Assembly (NCBI GenBank): GCA_044892525.1
Contig: CM097888.1
Location: 77,314,001-77,378,000 of the forward strand
Direction: 5' to 3'
DNA length: 64,000 bases
Source: Schmidtea polychroa
Lineage: Eukaryota
Position numbers and translations under genes: made by a program
Notes under the pieces: model-generated
What the model was told of the DNA's origin: nothing
Databases searched by the model: none
What the model saw: only the letters and a program-made list of their open reading frames with translations
Shown: positions 48,995 to 60,091 of the stretch, piece by piece
How positions within the stretch are numbered: the stretch's first letter is position 1
How the letters are laid out: each line of letters begins with the position of its first letter

Positions 48995-49822
48995 ATGATT
49001 GGGTCGAGTGCAATGAACCTTAAAAGAACTATGAAACAGTCAATTGGGAATTTGAGTATTTTTCAAAAGGACAAAAAGAAACCGGATGCACGTTTCTATG
49101 AAGCACTGATACCATCAGCAAAATGTGACGATAATTGCTTGCGATTAAGGCACGTTCCACCTTCAATGATTAGCAATATAATATATGAGCACTTAATAAG
49201 AAAGTGTTATCATCCAGAAAGAGAGTGTGTCATAGCCAATACAGATCCAGAACGAACTCAAGAAAAGTTGCGAAGAAAGCAAAGTATCAGAGTCGCAAAA
49301 CGATTGGTTCCAGCATTAGCATCAACCTTTTCAGGTGTTGAAGAGATGTCTAGAAATCAATTAAAATTGTCTATAATGAACCCTCAAACCATCATCAAGT
49401 TAATTAACGCAGTCCCAAAAGTAAGTCATGTCCCCACTAAATATAGGCCAGAACGTAAAGTAGTTCCGATAAAAAAGCTTCTGTGCAATAAGATGCTTTA
49501 CGCACCTAAATACTGTCTTGATTGCAATAAGAAATCAAATCATTCTTTAACCAATTATTTGGATAATATAATGAAAAATAATTTAACACGAAGGGCTCCA
49601 GATTTTCTTGAAAAAATGATCAAAGAAAGACCGGGTGAAAAATCTGGGAATAATTATAAACAATTGTTGAGAGAAATTTTAGTTTATGAGACTAATAACG
49701 TTGCAGGTCCGCTAAATTTACAAGAGGTTGGCAACCAAAAGAGTACATTTAAAAATCCGTTTTTACCGAAAAAGCATGAAATGCATGTCGGTTCTAATCG
49801 AATTTCTCTTAAGACGGTCTGA
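48995..49822 (+). CDS. Hypothetical 275-aa intronless protein, basic, no recognised domain
   Basis: 828-nt ATG-to-TGA ORF in a GC-richer island, far longer than chance ORFs at this AT content; no transposase or RT motifs seen. Confidence 0.7.
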   Translation: MIGSSAMNLKRTMKQSIGNLSIFQKDKKKPDARFYEALIPSAKCDDNCLRLRHVPPSMISNIIYEHLIRKCYHPERECVIANTDPERTQEKLRRKQSIRVAKRLVPALASTFSGVEEMSRNQLKLSIMNPQTIIKLINAVPKVSHVPTKYRPERKVVPIKKLLCNKMLYAPKYCLDCNKKSNHSLTNYLDNIMKNNLTRRAPDFLEKMIKERPGEKSGNNYKQLLREILVYETNNVAGPLNLQEVGNQKSTFKNPFLPKKHEMHVGSNRISLKTV

Positions 49823-51172
49823 GAGCAGAAGGGCGATGTTTAATTTTTTAGAAATTATAAGGAGAAAATTTTTGTAAGACAAGTAATGCAAACAAATTAC
49901 AAATTTTAGTTTACGATATTAGTAATTGACATTTTTCTTAGGACGTCCATGTCATGGTCATGAATCGGAAAAAAGCCGTTGGTCAGTAAAATTGTTGGCA
50001 AACATTTGAATTTTAAATTATAAAAATCATTAAAAACATTAATTAAAATGTAAATAAGTTGAAGGAATTATTTTTCATAAAAACTAAAAAAATAATGTTT
50101 CTCTGATCAACTGGAATAATTAATGAAGATTGAGACTTTTACACATGAAACTTTTATTTATAATTAGTTTTTAAAATAAAATTGTGTTATTATAGAATTT
50201 TGTAACACTTCGGTTTAAAAATGTTGAGGTTATAAAAAAATTTAAAAAAAAATTAAGTAAAAATCAAAAAAAAAATAAAAAGTTGGATTACAGAGAGAAA
50301 GACCGATGCATTTATGTTGACAAAATACTACAGAATGGACCCCAACACATTTCGAGTCACCATATATATAGAAAATAAATGTAATATTCTTAATTCAATA
50401 TCAAAAACAACTGACAATTATTTAGCAATTTATAAATAATGCTTTTTTTAGGAACTATTGTATTTTAAATAAAATAAAATATTTCATCAGTATTCACCAT
50501 TGGTCTATTTTCATTTTCAATTGAATGTTCAGTTTTGATTAATTTTCATTTCGTTGATTCCATTTACTTCCGGTGATTGGAGTATAGCAAGAATTGAGCT
50601 GACATTGGTAAAAGCATTCTTCCTCGACTTCTGACCCTATATTGTGGACGGCCTTGTGGAAAGGATGCAGAATGTAAAAAACCGATAAAGAATATTATTC
50701 AGGTCGAAAAATTTTAGTAAATTTTTACATTGACGTTCCAGCAAATTTCAATATCTCTTCATAATCATTGAATCATATGTTCTTTAGAAATAATTTGCTA
50801 TTAATAAAGGAAAGATTTTACCAGAAGACTTCGAATAAGAGAAATCTTAAAGCTGGTTTCCAAGACAACCAAGAAGAAAGAAGTTCTAAAAAATTGGAAC
50901 AGTACAAACCAGTTAGTACTAAAGATGCAGGACATATATAATATTAAAAGACTTCATAAAGCCCTTTGGATAAAAAAGGACAAATATTCTTTAAAATCCA
51001 AATGACAAAACTTCGTACAAACCTGGATACCGAGACTTATGAGAATACTTATCAAAAGAAGAACGACAAGGAACATTACTGATACATATGACCATTAATA
51101 TAGCTTAACTTTATAGGTAGGTAAAATTATTAATACTTACATAATTTATCTGGCATAGTTCTTCTTTTTACA

Positions 51173-52376
51173 GTCGTCTCGCACGACCACGGGGCAGCCA
51201 GTTAGGACACTAAATAAGTGACATGGAGACACGTCAGAGATTGAGCGGGAGGGCAACTAGGCAAGGGCCTAAAGCAATATGTCTGTGTAGCAGTGGCGGC
51301 TCGTATTCAAAATATGGGCAAGCAATAAAAAAAAATTCAAAATTAATTTATTTATATAAAAATCAATTCTTCTTGTTTTTCAACAAAATTCTTTAATTAC
51401 TAAATCATAAAAATTGTATTTAGTAGAGAAAAGTTCTTTTTAAAAGATATTAAAAATTTAAAATATAGAATTTTTCAAAATTGCTTATTGCAAGCAATTC
51501 TTGCTTTGCAAATATGGACGAGCCACCACTGCTGTGTAGGTAAATAAGTGAGTATATATTAGATTGTACATAAGAGAAGAAAAAGGTAGCACAGCACAGT
51601 TATATAATATAATAGTTTCAAAATTATTAATATTAATTGATGTGCTCTTCTTTGGAATGGTCTATTATATATATTATTTTTATTATTAATAGTATTACTA
51701 GCTCTAGCCCGTCAAATACGATGGAATCATGTTATCAATCCAAATATATAATTCTCCATAGATTTGTTTGTTCAAAAAATAATTAAAATAGTTTTCCATA
51801 TTTAATATAATATAACAATTAAAAATAATTAGTGATCCAAATTAGACAAATTATGCATTATTCGATAGAGGAAAGTAAATTTTCAGATAAAACTTTTATT
51901 TTAATGTTATGTTGTTGATAAAAATTAAAATTTATAATAAAATTTGCCATTTGGTTATTTTAATTAAGCGTAATTCAATAATCACTCGGTCACATATACA
52001 TACATAGAGAATTATAATTATAAGAACATGTTCAATTTTCACCACTGATTTCTTNNNNNNNNNNNNNNNNNNNNNNNNNNNNNNNNNNNNNNNNNNNNNN
52101 NNNNNNNNNNNNNNNNNNNNNNNNNNNNNNNNNNNNNNNNNNNNNNNNNNNNNNNNNNNNNNNNNNNNNNNNNNNNNNNNNNNNNNNNNNNNNNNNNNNN
52201 NNNNNNNNNNNTCTCCTTCTCTTCTTATGTACAATCTCATACATACTCACTTACCTACATACACAAATATATAAGTTTACGCCCTTACCCAGTTACCTAC
52301 CTGCTCAATCTCTGACCTGTCTCCATGTCAGTTGTTTAGTGTTCTAACTGACTGCTCCGCAGTCTTGCGAGACGAC
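51173..52376. repeat. Converging inverted pair of a diverged repeat of about 165 bp or more
   Basis: 51173..~51590 (minus the MITE insert) aligns with the reverse complement of 52212..52376 (GTCGTCTCGCA...GACATGGAGAC.GTCAGAGATTGAGC...), roughly 80% identical by eye. Confidence 0.75.
51291..51531. mobile_element. hAT MITE, 241 bp
   Basis: TIR CAGTGGCGGCTCGT / ACGAGCCACCACTG (1 mismatch); perfect 8-bp TSD CTGTGTAG; its absence from the second repeat copy confirms the empty site. Confidence 0.93.
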
Positions 52377-54596
52377 AATGTTCAATAAAGATCGACTCGA
52401 TAAAAGATAAAGATTATCCACAGAAGATAATATTCCGGAAAAAATCAATAACGATAAGCGTATATAGACATTACCCAAGGAGAAAGGAGAAATATAAGAT
52501 ATAAGACTACAGGAATTTAAATCAACATTTATTTACATTCTTACTACACTCATTCTAACCTCGTATCTCAATTTATAATACCATTAAACCTAACAATCCT
52601 CCTTAAAACCATCTTAGCATAACCTCATAACTCTCCTTCTTATGATAGCTAATGATATCTAAGTCCTGTTTTTACGGGACTTCCACTATTGCGCCATTTC
52701 CTATTGAGTACACATATTTGTACATCAAGAATATATTAAACTCACTTTAAATTTACATCATATTATGCAAAATTCAAAACAACACACGACAAGTACGTAC
52801 TTGTCGTTGGTAACAGTTGTTGATGACTTATCAACTTGTGAATATATAGAAAATTATTTTATTTTTTGAACACAGTACATATGTATATGTTCAGCACTGC
52901 AGAGGTATGGTTCAAAATTGTTGTGTACTCTTAGTGAAATTTTTTTATATTAGATATATTTACCCTTGAGGAAACATGGAAGAAGGATGTCATTGGGAAA
53001 GTTTTGAGATCAGTGAAAACAAAAATGAAAATAAACTAAAATGATCAACCTAAATAATTTAAAAAATCTAAATGAAATCAACCATCAGAAACCCAACAAA
53101 TATGATCTGACTATTGAAATATTCATATTTATACTTATATTTATACTTTTATTTTTTTTTAAGATACCTAATTATAATTTTAGTAAGACATTAACTTACT
53201 ATGCATTGAAAATCTTTTTACACTGAATAGCATCATTATTGTTAGATTTAAAATTGATCAGAGAAATAACTGTTCACTCCACACAAAATTACTATAATAA
53301 AAACACTACTAAACTAATGATAAATATCACTTAAATAAGGTCATTTATTGAAATTTAGTTTAAATAATAAAAATATTTTGTCATTTACTAATAAATAATA
53401 AACCTAATTCATATTTTCAAAAAAAAATCATCTAAAATGCATGCATATATAACTTATTAATATTAAAATTTTTATTAAAAATAATTAATTAATTACATAA
53501 ATTTTATATTATTAGAACTTTTTTTCCAATTTCACGACTGATACTTTCCCCATTGTATTTATTAAAATTTATACATCAAAATTACATTAAAGAAAATTAC
53601 AAAGTAAAATGGCCTTAACCTATGAATTAGTTCTAGATTAGTTTCTAGATTAGACCAATCCAATACACTCTACAAAAAAGTGAAATAAACAAAACTAAAT
53701 GAAATCAAAAAAACTCAAGTTATTTTCGGGTCTGTTGTCCTTATCGGAACTTTAACAAACTAGAGATCAATAGTCTTTTTCCAGTAACATCGAATATGTT
53801 GACTGGGTTGTACCGTAGTTGTACTCTAGTTAACGGTGTACTGTGTTATAGGTACACATACTCCTTGAATACTTTTGTCTTTGTGAACAAGTGTTGAACT
53901 TGAATTTTTCGAAACTTCGTTACTTTTATTATCTACATGCACTATGTAATAAAACTGAAACTCGAAAAAAAATGTTCAAAAAAAATTTTTATAGGAAAAT
54001 ATAGGTAAATCTGTTATGGGAATGGTATGCTTCGAAGGAATTATGACTGCAATCAATTTGCGAAATATTTAGATTGGATAGTTAATAGAAGTCTAGTAGA
54101 ATTTAGACAATTTTCCAAAAATTTATTCAGAACAACTTAACTAAGTGAAAGAATTTTTAGTTAGAGAAACATGTCAATGTAAAAATTAGGCAAAAGTAAA
54201 ATTCAATTATATAATTATGTTTTCTAACCATTATATTAAAACAAAATAAATATACATGTGTTGAACATGAATTAAAAATGTATCTCGTCTTTTAATTTAG
54301 TTGTTTTTACTCGAGTAAGTTCCACTAATGTTACTGATTCTTTTACTTATTTATTGATGTTTAACCATATTTTTTGCATAAATTATGAAATCAATGGAAT
54401 TAATTTAAAGTTTTTTCCTAAAATTTTATGATTCTGATTGTAATGTAAATTTTTAAAACATTTCTCAACCAATAACCTACACTATTATGTTTTGTTTTTA
54501 TTATCTATTTTTAATAAAAGTTATCATAAATAATTTAAATTCTTTTATTTTTATTTTGATATATTTAGTAAATATAAAAAATTCAGACAGTTTAGA

Positions 54597-56338
54597 ATGG
54601 GTCAAGTTGGTTCAAGACAAGAGCAATTCTGGGAAGCTTGTAGTTTCGGTAGGGTTTGGCTTGTAAAACAAATGATTGAAGAGGGAATAGATGTGAATTG
54701 GGTTTCCCATGTGGTATATTAATATTAACTTAATTTATTTAAAACAATATATTTAAAAGCACGACAGCTGCCCAATCCATGTTGCATCCCAAGGAAAACC
54801 AGAAGTTGTTAAATTACTAATAGAATCTGGATGTGCTGTTGACTCCTTAGATTTTGTAAGTTCTAATAAAATTATCAGTTATACTAATTTAAAATTATTT
54901 TGCAAGTTCAATTGAATTAAATTTTAATAGATGATGCATTGAAAATCAATATAATATTTATTGAAATTTTTTTTATACTTTCATATTTGTTATATACCAA
55001 TTTTGGGTTGTACATAAATTTTAATATAAAAAATCGCAGTGAAAGATTTGAGATTTTGGTTTCTGCAATAAAGAATATTTAGTTTATGAAGTATTTAAAT
55101 ACACATCTTTTATTATAATCATTTTTATTTTATGGTGAAATTAAAATTCAATAATTTAATAATTAATTTATCTACCGCCCAAATGTACCGCTATGTAACC
55201 GAAAATTCGAAATCAATCAGTGATATTTATGAATAACATTGGGTTGTACTAATTTTTGGACATGATATTTAATAATATATTTTATACTCTGATATCAATA
55301 TTTATTCCAATATTTAATTTGTATAATTATCCGAAAATATGATACCTATAACAATTTACATCTATAATAATAGATCACCAATTTACAGATCACTTAAATA
55401 AATAACTATTTCCTATGACATGGATCAATTCGTGGACTAATTTGCCTAGATATCGAACTCAGTCTATATGAGCAGCATATTTAAGATTTATAGTTTGATA
55501 GTTTGAAACAGCCTTGGACAGCCCAAGTTGGGTTTACTGATAATATTGAAAAAAACGAGGGGCCTTGAGAAAACTTTGTCAGGGGATTTTGTCGACAATT
55601 GTTATATTTATAAATAATTTTTTTTACTAGCTACAAAATCATCCGAGTTTCCCTGATATTTCTATTGCCTCTTACTGTATTTTTTATATAGAATTTCAGA
55701 TTATTTTCTTTAATCTTTACGTCAAAATATTATATAATTATAATCTCATCGAAAATGAGTTTCTATTAATTGGGAAACAAAATTGATTCTAGAAAAAAAA
55801 CACCGCGCTTCATCATGCGGCAATGTCAGGAGATTCAGAAATTTGTGAGTTACTTATTCAGAGCAAATGCAACATTAATGCCATGAATCTATCTGGTTGG
55901 ACTCCTCTAATAAACGCTGCCTATTGGAATAATTACGCTTGCTTAGAATGCTTACTAAATAACAATTGTGATATTTCAATACAGAACAATGTATGTGAAC
56001 TGCTTTATTGTAGATACAATATTTATTGTACTGCTGAATTTTAAACGCTAGGACGGTCGAACTGCAATACATGAATTGTGCAGATCGAAATCCACTGAAG
56101 ACGAATTACTATTGAAATCTTTATCGTTATTGATTGAATGTGGATCAAGCATCCATGACAAAAGTGACAATGACAATCCATGGGATTCAGAAGTTTGATT
56201 ATATTCAATATATTGTCTAGTAATTACCACCAATTTCAGGCAGACTTCAGTCCACTCATGTTTGCTACATATCACGGTCATTCAAAATTGGTCGAATGTT
56301 TAATAGATTCTGGCGCCAATGTCAATGAGCGTGATCGA
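54597..56338 (+). CDS. Ankyrin-repeat protein, 3' partial: join(54597..54713,54760..54855,55793..55990,56052..56192,56240..56338)
   Basis: Five phase-0 exons with GT-AG introns of 46, 937, 61 and 47 bp. Repeats: CPIHVASQG-KPEVVKLLIESG, NTALHHAAMSG, GWTPLINAAYWN, GRTAIHELC, FSPLMFATYHGH. Donor CGA|GTAGGT at 56339, with the next exon not securely found. Confidence 0.88.
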
Positions 56339-56429
56339 GTAGGTTTAATGATTTATTTTCAATTATAAATCATTTTTCTATGATTATTATTATTTGACTA
56401 CTCTAATTTCTAATCAATAATTACCATCA

Positions 56430-57256
56430 GTATTACTTAACAAATGATTAAACTGCTATTTATACACATGCGCACACATTTATCCAATCAAATTATTGGG
56501 AATCATTCACAGAGATATTTTATCGAATCCAATACACATAACCAAATACTTACCGCCTCCTATCGGCACCAGATTGTTGGAAGTAGTCATCGGTTTATTT
56601 TCGATTACAATTTATATTCATTAATAATTCAAACATCTGAATTGCACTTATTTCATTTAAATTAATTAATTATTTGGAACTTGAACTTGTTTGAGAACGA
56701 ATTTTCCGTGATTTATTAGATATAAATATCTAATACCTATCTGTTAATTTTGTTTAGAATTCAGGATTCAAATAAACTGATTTGAATTAATAAATTCAAA
56801 TGGTCATTCGGATAAACTGATTTTTCAAAAGATTTATTGAATTATTGAACAAAATCTTCATTTCTCCCGTAAACTATCCGATATTTGTTTAATATTATAT
56901 TCAGTTTTTAAATCAAAAATTTACGCTTTGTGTTTGTTTTTCAAATTTTCCTTTTTGGTAAATCCTAGCTTGCACCATAAACCTTGAACTGCCATACCCA
57001 TTTTATTAATAAAAGGCACAAGTTTAATTCGTTCAGCAATAGTCTGTTGCAATACAGTTTTTGTGTGAACTGACATTCCTGAAACGCATTGAACAACAAC
57101 GAGATCTCGATCAGTAACTATTAATGCTACCACTTCACTGTTAAAAGCAACGCAACTAGGAGAAGCATTTAAAATCCTTGGAAATTTATTTTCATCCGTA
57201 TTACCATCATCATTTAAAGCTATAGATTGGACAAATTTAATGATTGATAAATTATC
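56430..57256 (-). pseudogene. EEF2: Degraded eEF2-like fragment (G-domain core 56970..57256; possible domain II traces 56430..56720)
   Basis: [64 protein letters not shown] aligns with eEF2 [65 protein letters not shown]. The DxxG and NKxD motifs are broken. Weaker frameshifted traces (AIQMFELLM, IENKP...NLVPIGG.KYLV) follow downstream. Confidence 0.75.
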
Positions 57257-58628
57257 CTAGTTCATAAATTCAGTCATTTTGAATGATTTTTATCTTTCTG
57301 TCCATAAATTGATCTAATTGTAAAATAGATGATAAAGATCATTTGGTAAAGATCAACAAATTCATGTATGTATATATAAGAAATATCATTTATATAACTT
57401 ACAATTAAAACTACCATTTAAACACCAATAAAACTTCCTCTTAAATTATAATCTAATTAAAAGATAATAGGAATGGAAAAAAATTGATAAACAATATTTT
57501 ATTATAGGCTCTTAAATGAAATTTCAATTAAATTACTCAATTTTCTTTAGAAGTTATTTGAATAACATATATGAACTAACAAAAAGTGTAATTGAACATT
57601 TAGTAAAAAAATGGAAATATTTTTTTTGTAAAAATTACCATTTTCAATGTCTGATGCCATACAAAAAAATATCCCGAAACCAAGATGATATAGAATTTCA
57701 AAATAAGACAGATAGATAGCCTTTAATCCAAATAAAATTTCATTTATTTTCATTACAACTATAGATCAATTTATTGAAATACTATTTGATAATATTATAG
57801 TGATGAGGTTTCAAAATGTGAGATCATTTCAACGTGCACTAGTTTTTCTTATGTCATTAAAATATAAAGAACAAATGTGTTATATAAATGATTTATTTAT
57901 AAAAATTACCAATTTAAGCTAAATCAATACAGATTTTTCCATTTTTAAATTCAATATTAAAATTATATTCAATTGATCAGTGTTCTGCAATCGCATATGG
58001 GTCCTTGAAATTGGTCTAAGGAGTATGGGAGTCGCTTAGTAAAATTATAGAAACAATAGTTAAAATAAAATATTTGATAAATTTTAAGGTTGTTTTATTT
58101 TTCATGTTTACATCCCCATACTTTTTAAAATAGAACTTGAGGGAAAAGGTTACGGAACACTGAAAAAGACTTCTAGATCAGCATGATTCTTAAGTAATTG
58201 TGTGAATGTAATTGTTGTATATGCATTTCTTTTTTTTTGTAGTTTATTAATATTTTCATTTTGAAAATTTTTCGATTTGCCCTTGTTCCAAAATATTCCT
58301 TGACTCACATTAGCAACATTCTATAAATGATTTAAATTAATAAGAATTATGAGCCATTGATGCAAGTTTTATTCAATTACTTGTCTTAGAATATTAATTA
58401 GAATTTGCAGTCTCTTAAAAGTTAATTCTGTTTTATTGTGCACTACAGAATATTGAGTTTGATTTCACACTTATTTCAGCTATTATTTGTGAAAATAATT
58501 TGCTTCATTTCAAAACAAACATCTCCGATTGATATTATTCAAAGCCTTTAGAATGTCAAAATAAAAAATTCTTCGAAAGTAAAATTTTATTATTATACTG
58601 TATAGCTCGAACATGGAATATACTTGTA

Positions 58629-58832
58629 CAGTCATACCCCGGATAACGTTGCCCCGAATAAAGTTGTTTCGCTGTAACGTCGGTCCACCATTATAGTCAT
58701 ACCCCACTGTAACATTTTAAATCTATTTAATTGCGAATTTTTTTCTTAATTATAATTGCTTCGTATAACGTTGTTTCGATTAACATCGCGTTTTTCTGGA
58801 ACCATTTAACAACGTTAACCGGGGTAAGACTG
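58629..58832. mobile_element. Tc1/mariner-pogo (Tigger-like) MITE, 204 bp
   Basis: 22-bp TIR CAGTCATACCCCGGATAACGTT / AACGTTAACCGGGGTAAGACTG (2 mismatches), flanked by TA on both sides. Confidence 0.88.
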
Positions 58833-59687
58833 TATATAATTATACCAGTAAATGCGGCATATTCGGATTGCGTATAATTACGGGAAGAATGTTTTGTGTG
58901 AAAATGCACAAATAAAGTGCAAAATTAAAAAACACTTAAAATTTTAAATTAAAAGAAAAATAATTAAAGTTGAAAATCAGTATTTGGTGAGGGGAAAGGT
59001 ATGAGTGAGTGAAAAATAAAATGTTAAAGATTAATATAATAACAAAAATTGATGGGGGATACCCAGGTAATGTTATTATTATAAATAAAAACTAATTAAT
59101 TAATTATTCAACATTTTGCTGGTAATCCTTAATCGATTTTCTATTATTTTTGATATCAATTAGAATTCTCAGAACCTTTTAGGGCTCAAAGCAACAATTA
59201 CAGATTTTGAAACCGCTGTTTGATAAGCGATCATCCAATTTGAAATGATAAATATATAATTAAATTCAGTGATTAAAAAGATGTAACTGTAAGATGTAAC
59301 TGTAACCTGTCAATGTAACTGTAACAAATTAATAATAAATCCAACAAAAGTTTTACACAACTTGTGTACGTATTGAAAACTGAACATGGATGGACGATAC
59401 TGGGATATTTCTAGGGATCATAGATTAGAAATAAAAGATAACCCAGAATTATTTTTTGGCATTAGGACCTTTACACCGAAGTCCGAAGATTAAATAACTT
59501 AAAAAGTTAAAGTATTAATTAATTAGAAAGAGGTTTCAAGAAATATCATATTATTGCAACTATTTTTTATATTGAATATATAAATAAGTTTAGAAATGGT
59601 TTAGGCAAGAACTTTACCATAAATCTGATAATAATTTCAGGTGTAAAATAAACAGTACAAGCTTTGTGATACCCAATGCAAATCCCA

Positions 59688-59729
59688 ATAGTAGACTAGT
59701 TTCGAGCTTTTGGCCCTCATTAGTACTAT
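59688..59729 (-). ncRNA. Minimal type-I hammerhead, downstream copy (core G5>A)
   Basis: ATAGTA-CTAATGA-GGGCCAAAAGCTC-GAAA-CTAG-TC-TACTAT; stems are intact but CUGAUGA reads CUAAUGA. Confidence 0.7.
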
Positions 59730-60049
59730 GCAGGAGACGCGAAAATTTCTCTTCGCGCCAGGTAAGTATACAATATTGCTGATTCAACTCTATTGCATAC
59801 TTTCCCGGTTACACTGGAAATCACATTACTTGCAAAATAGCTTGATCACAGAAAAATTCTGTAAACTTGTAAACATGGCGTATGAAAGATCCTAATCACA
59901 TCTGCGGACTAAAAAATTAATCGATACATAGAAACTGTTTACCTTTAGCATTTTTAACTTATAAAGTAATGGTGTAAAATTTTTTTGTCGGATGTCTCAC
60001 TTGAATAAAATAAACAGTACAAACTTTGTGATACACAGTGCAAATCCCA

Positions 60050-60091
60050 ATAGTAGACTAGTTTCGAGCTTTTGACCCTCATCAGTACTAT
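60050..60091 (-). ncRNA. Minimal type-I hammerhead ribozyme, intact core
   Basis: ATAGTA-CTGATGA-GGGTCAAAAGCTC-GAAA-CTAG-TC-TACTAT: perfect 6-bp stem I, 4-bp stem II with CAAAA loop, palindromic ACTAGT in place of stem III, GUC cleavage triplet (predicted cut between 60056 and 60055). Confidence 0.82.

Noticed and set aside
4459-52250. ORF-track entries made mostly of X residues
   Set aside because: They are open only because they cross N gaps; there is no coding evidence.
56469-56620. Kinase-like GIIHRDI on the + strand
   Set aside because: No other kinase subdomains and no usable splice sites; the region is better explained by the antisense eEF2 remnant.
57978-58162. Possible hAT MITE (CAGTGTTCTGCAA...TTACGGAACACTG)
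   Set aside because: The TIR is short with two mismatches and the flanking 8-mers do not match.
59385-59414. HGWTIL as the next ankyrin exon
   Set aside because: There is no AG acceptor in front and an in-frame TAG follows within four codons.
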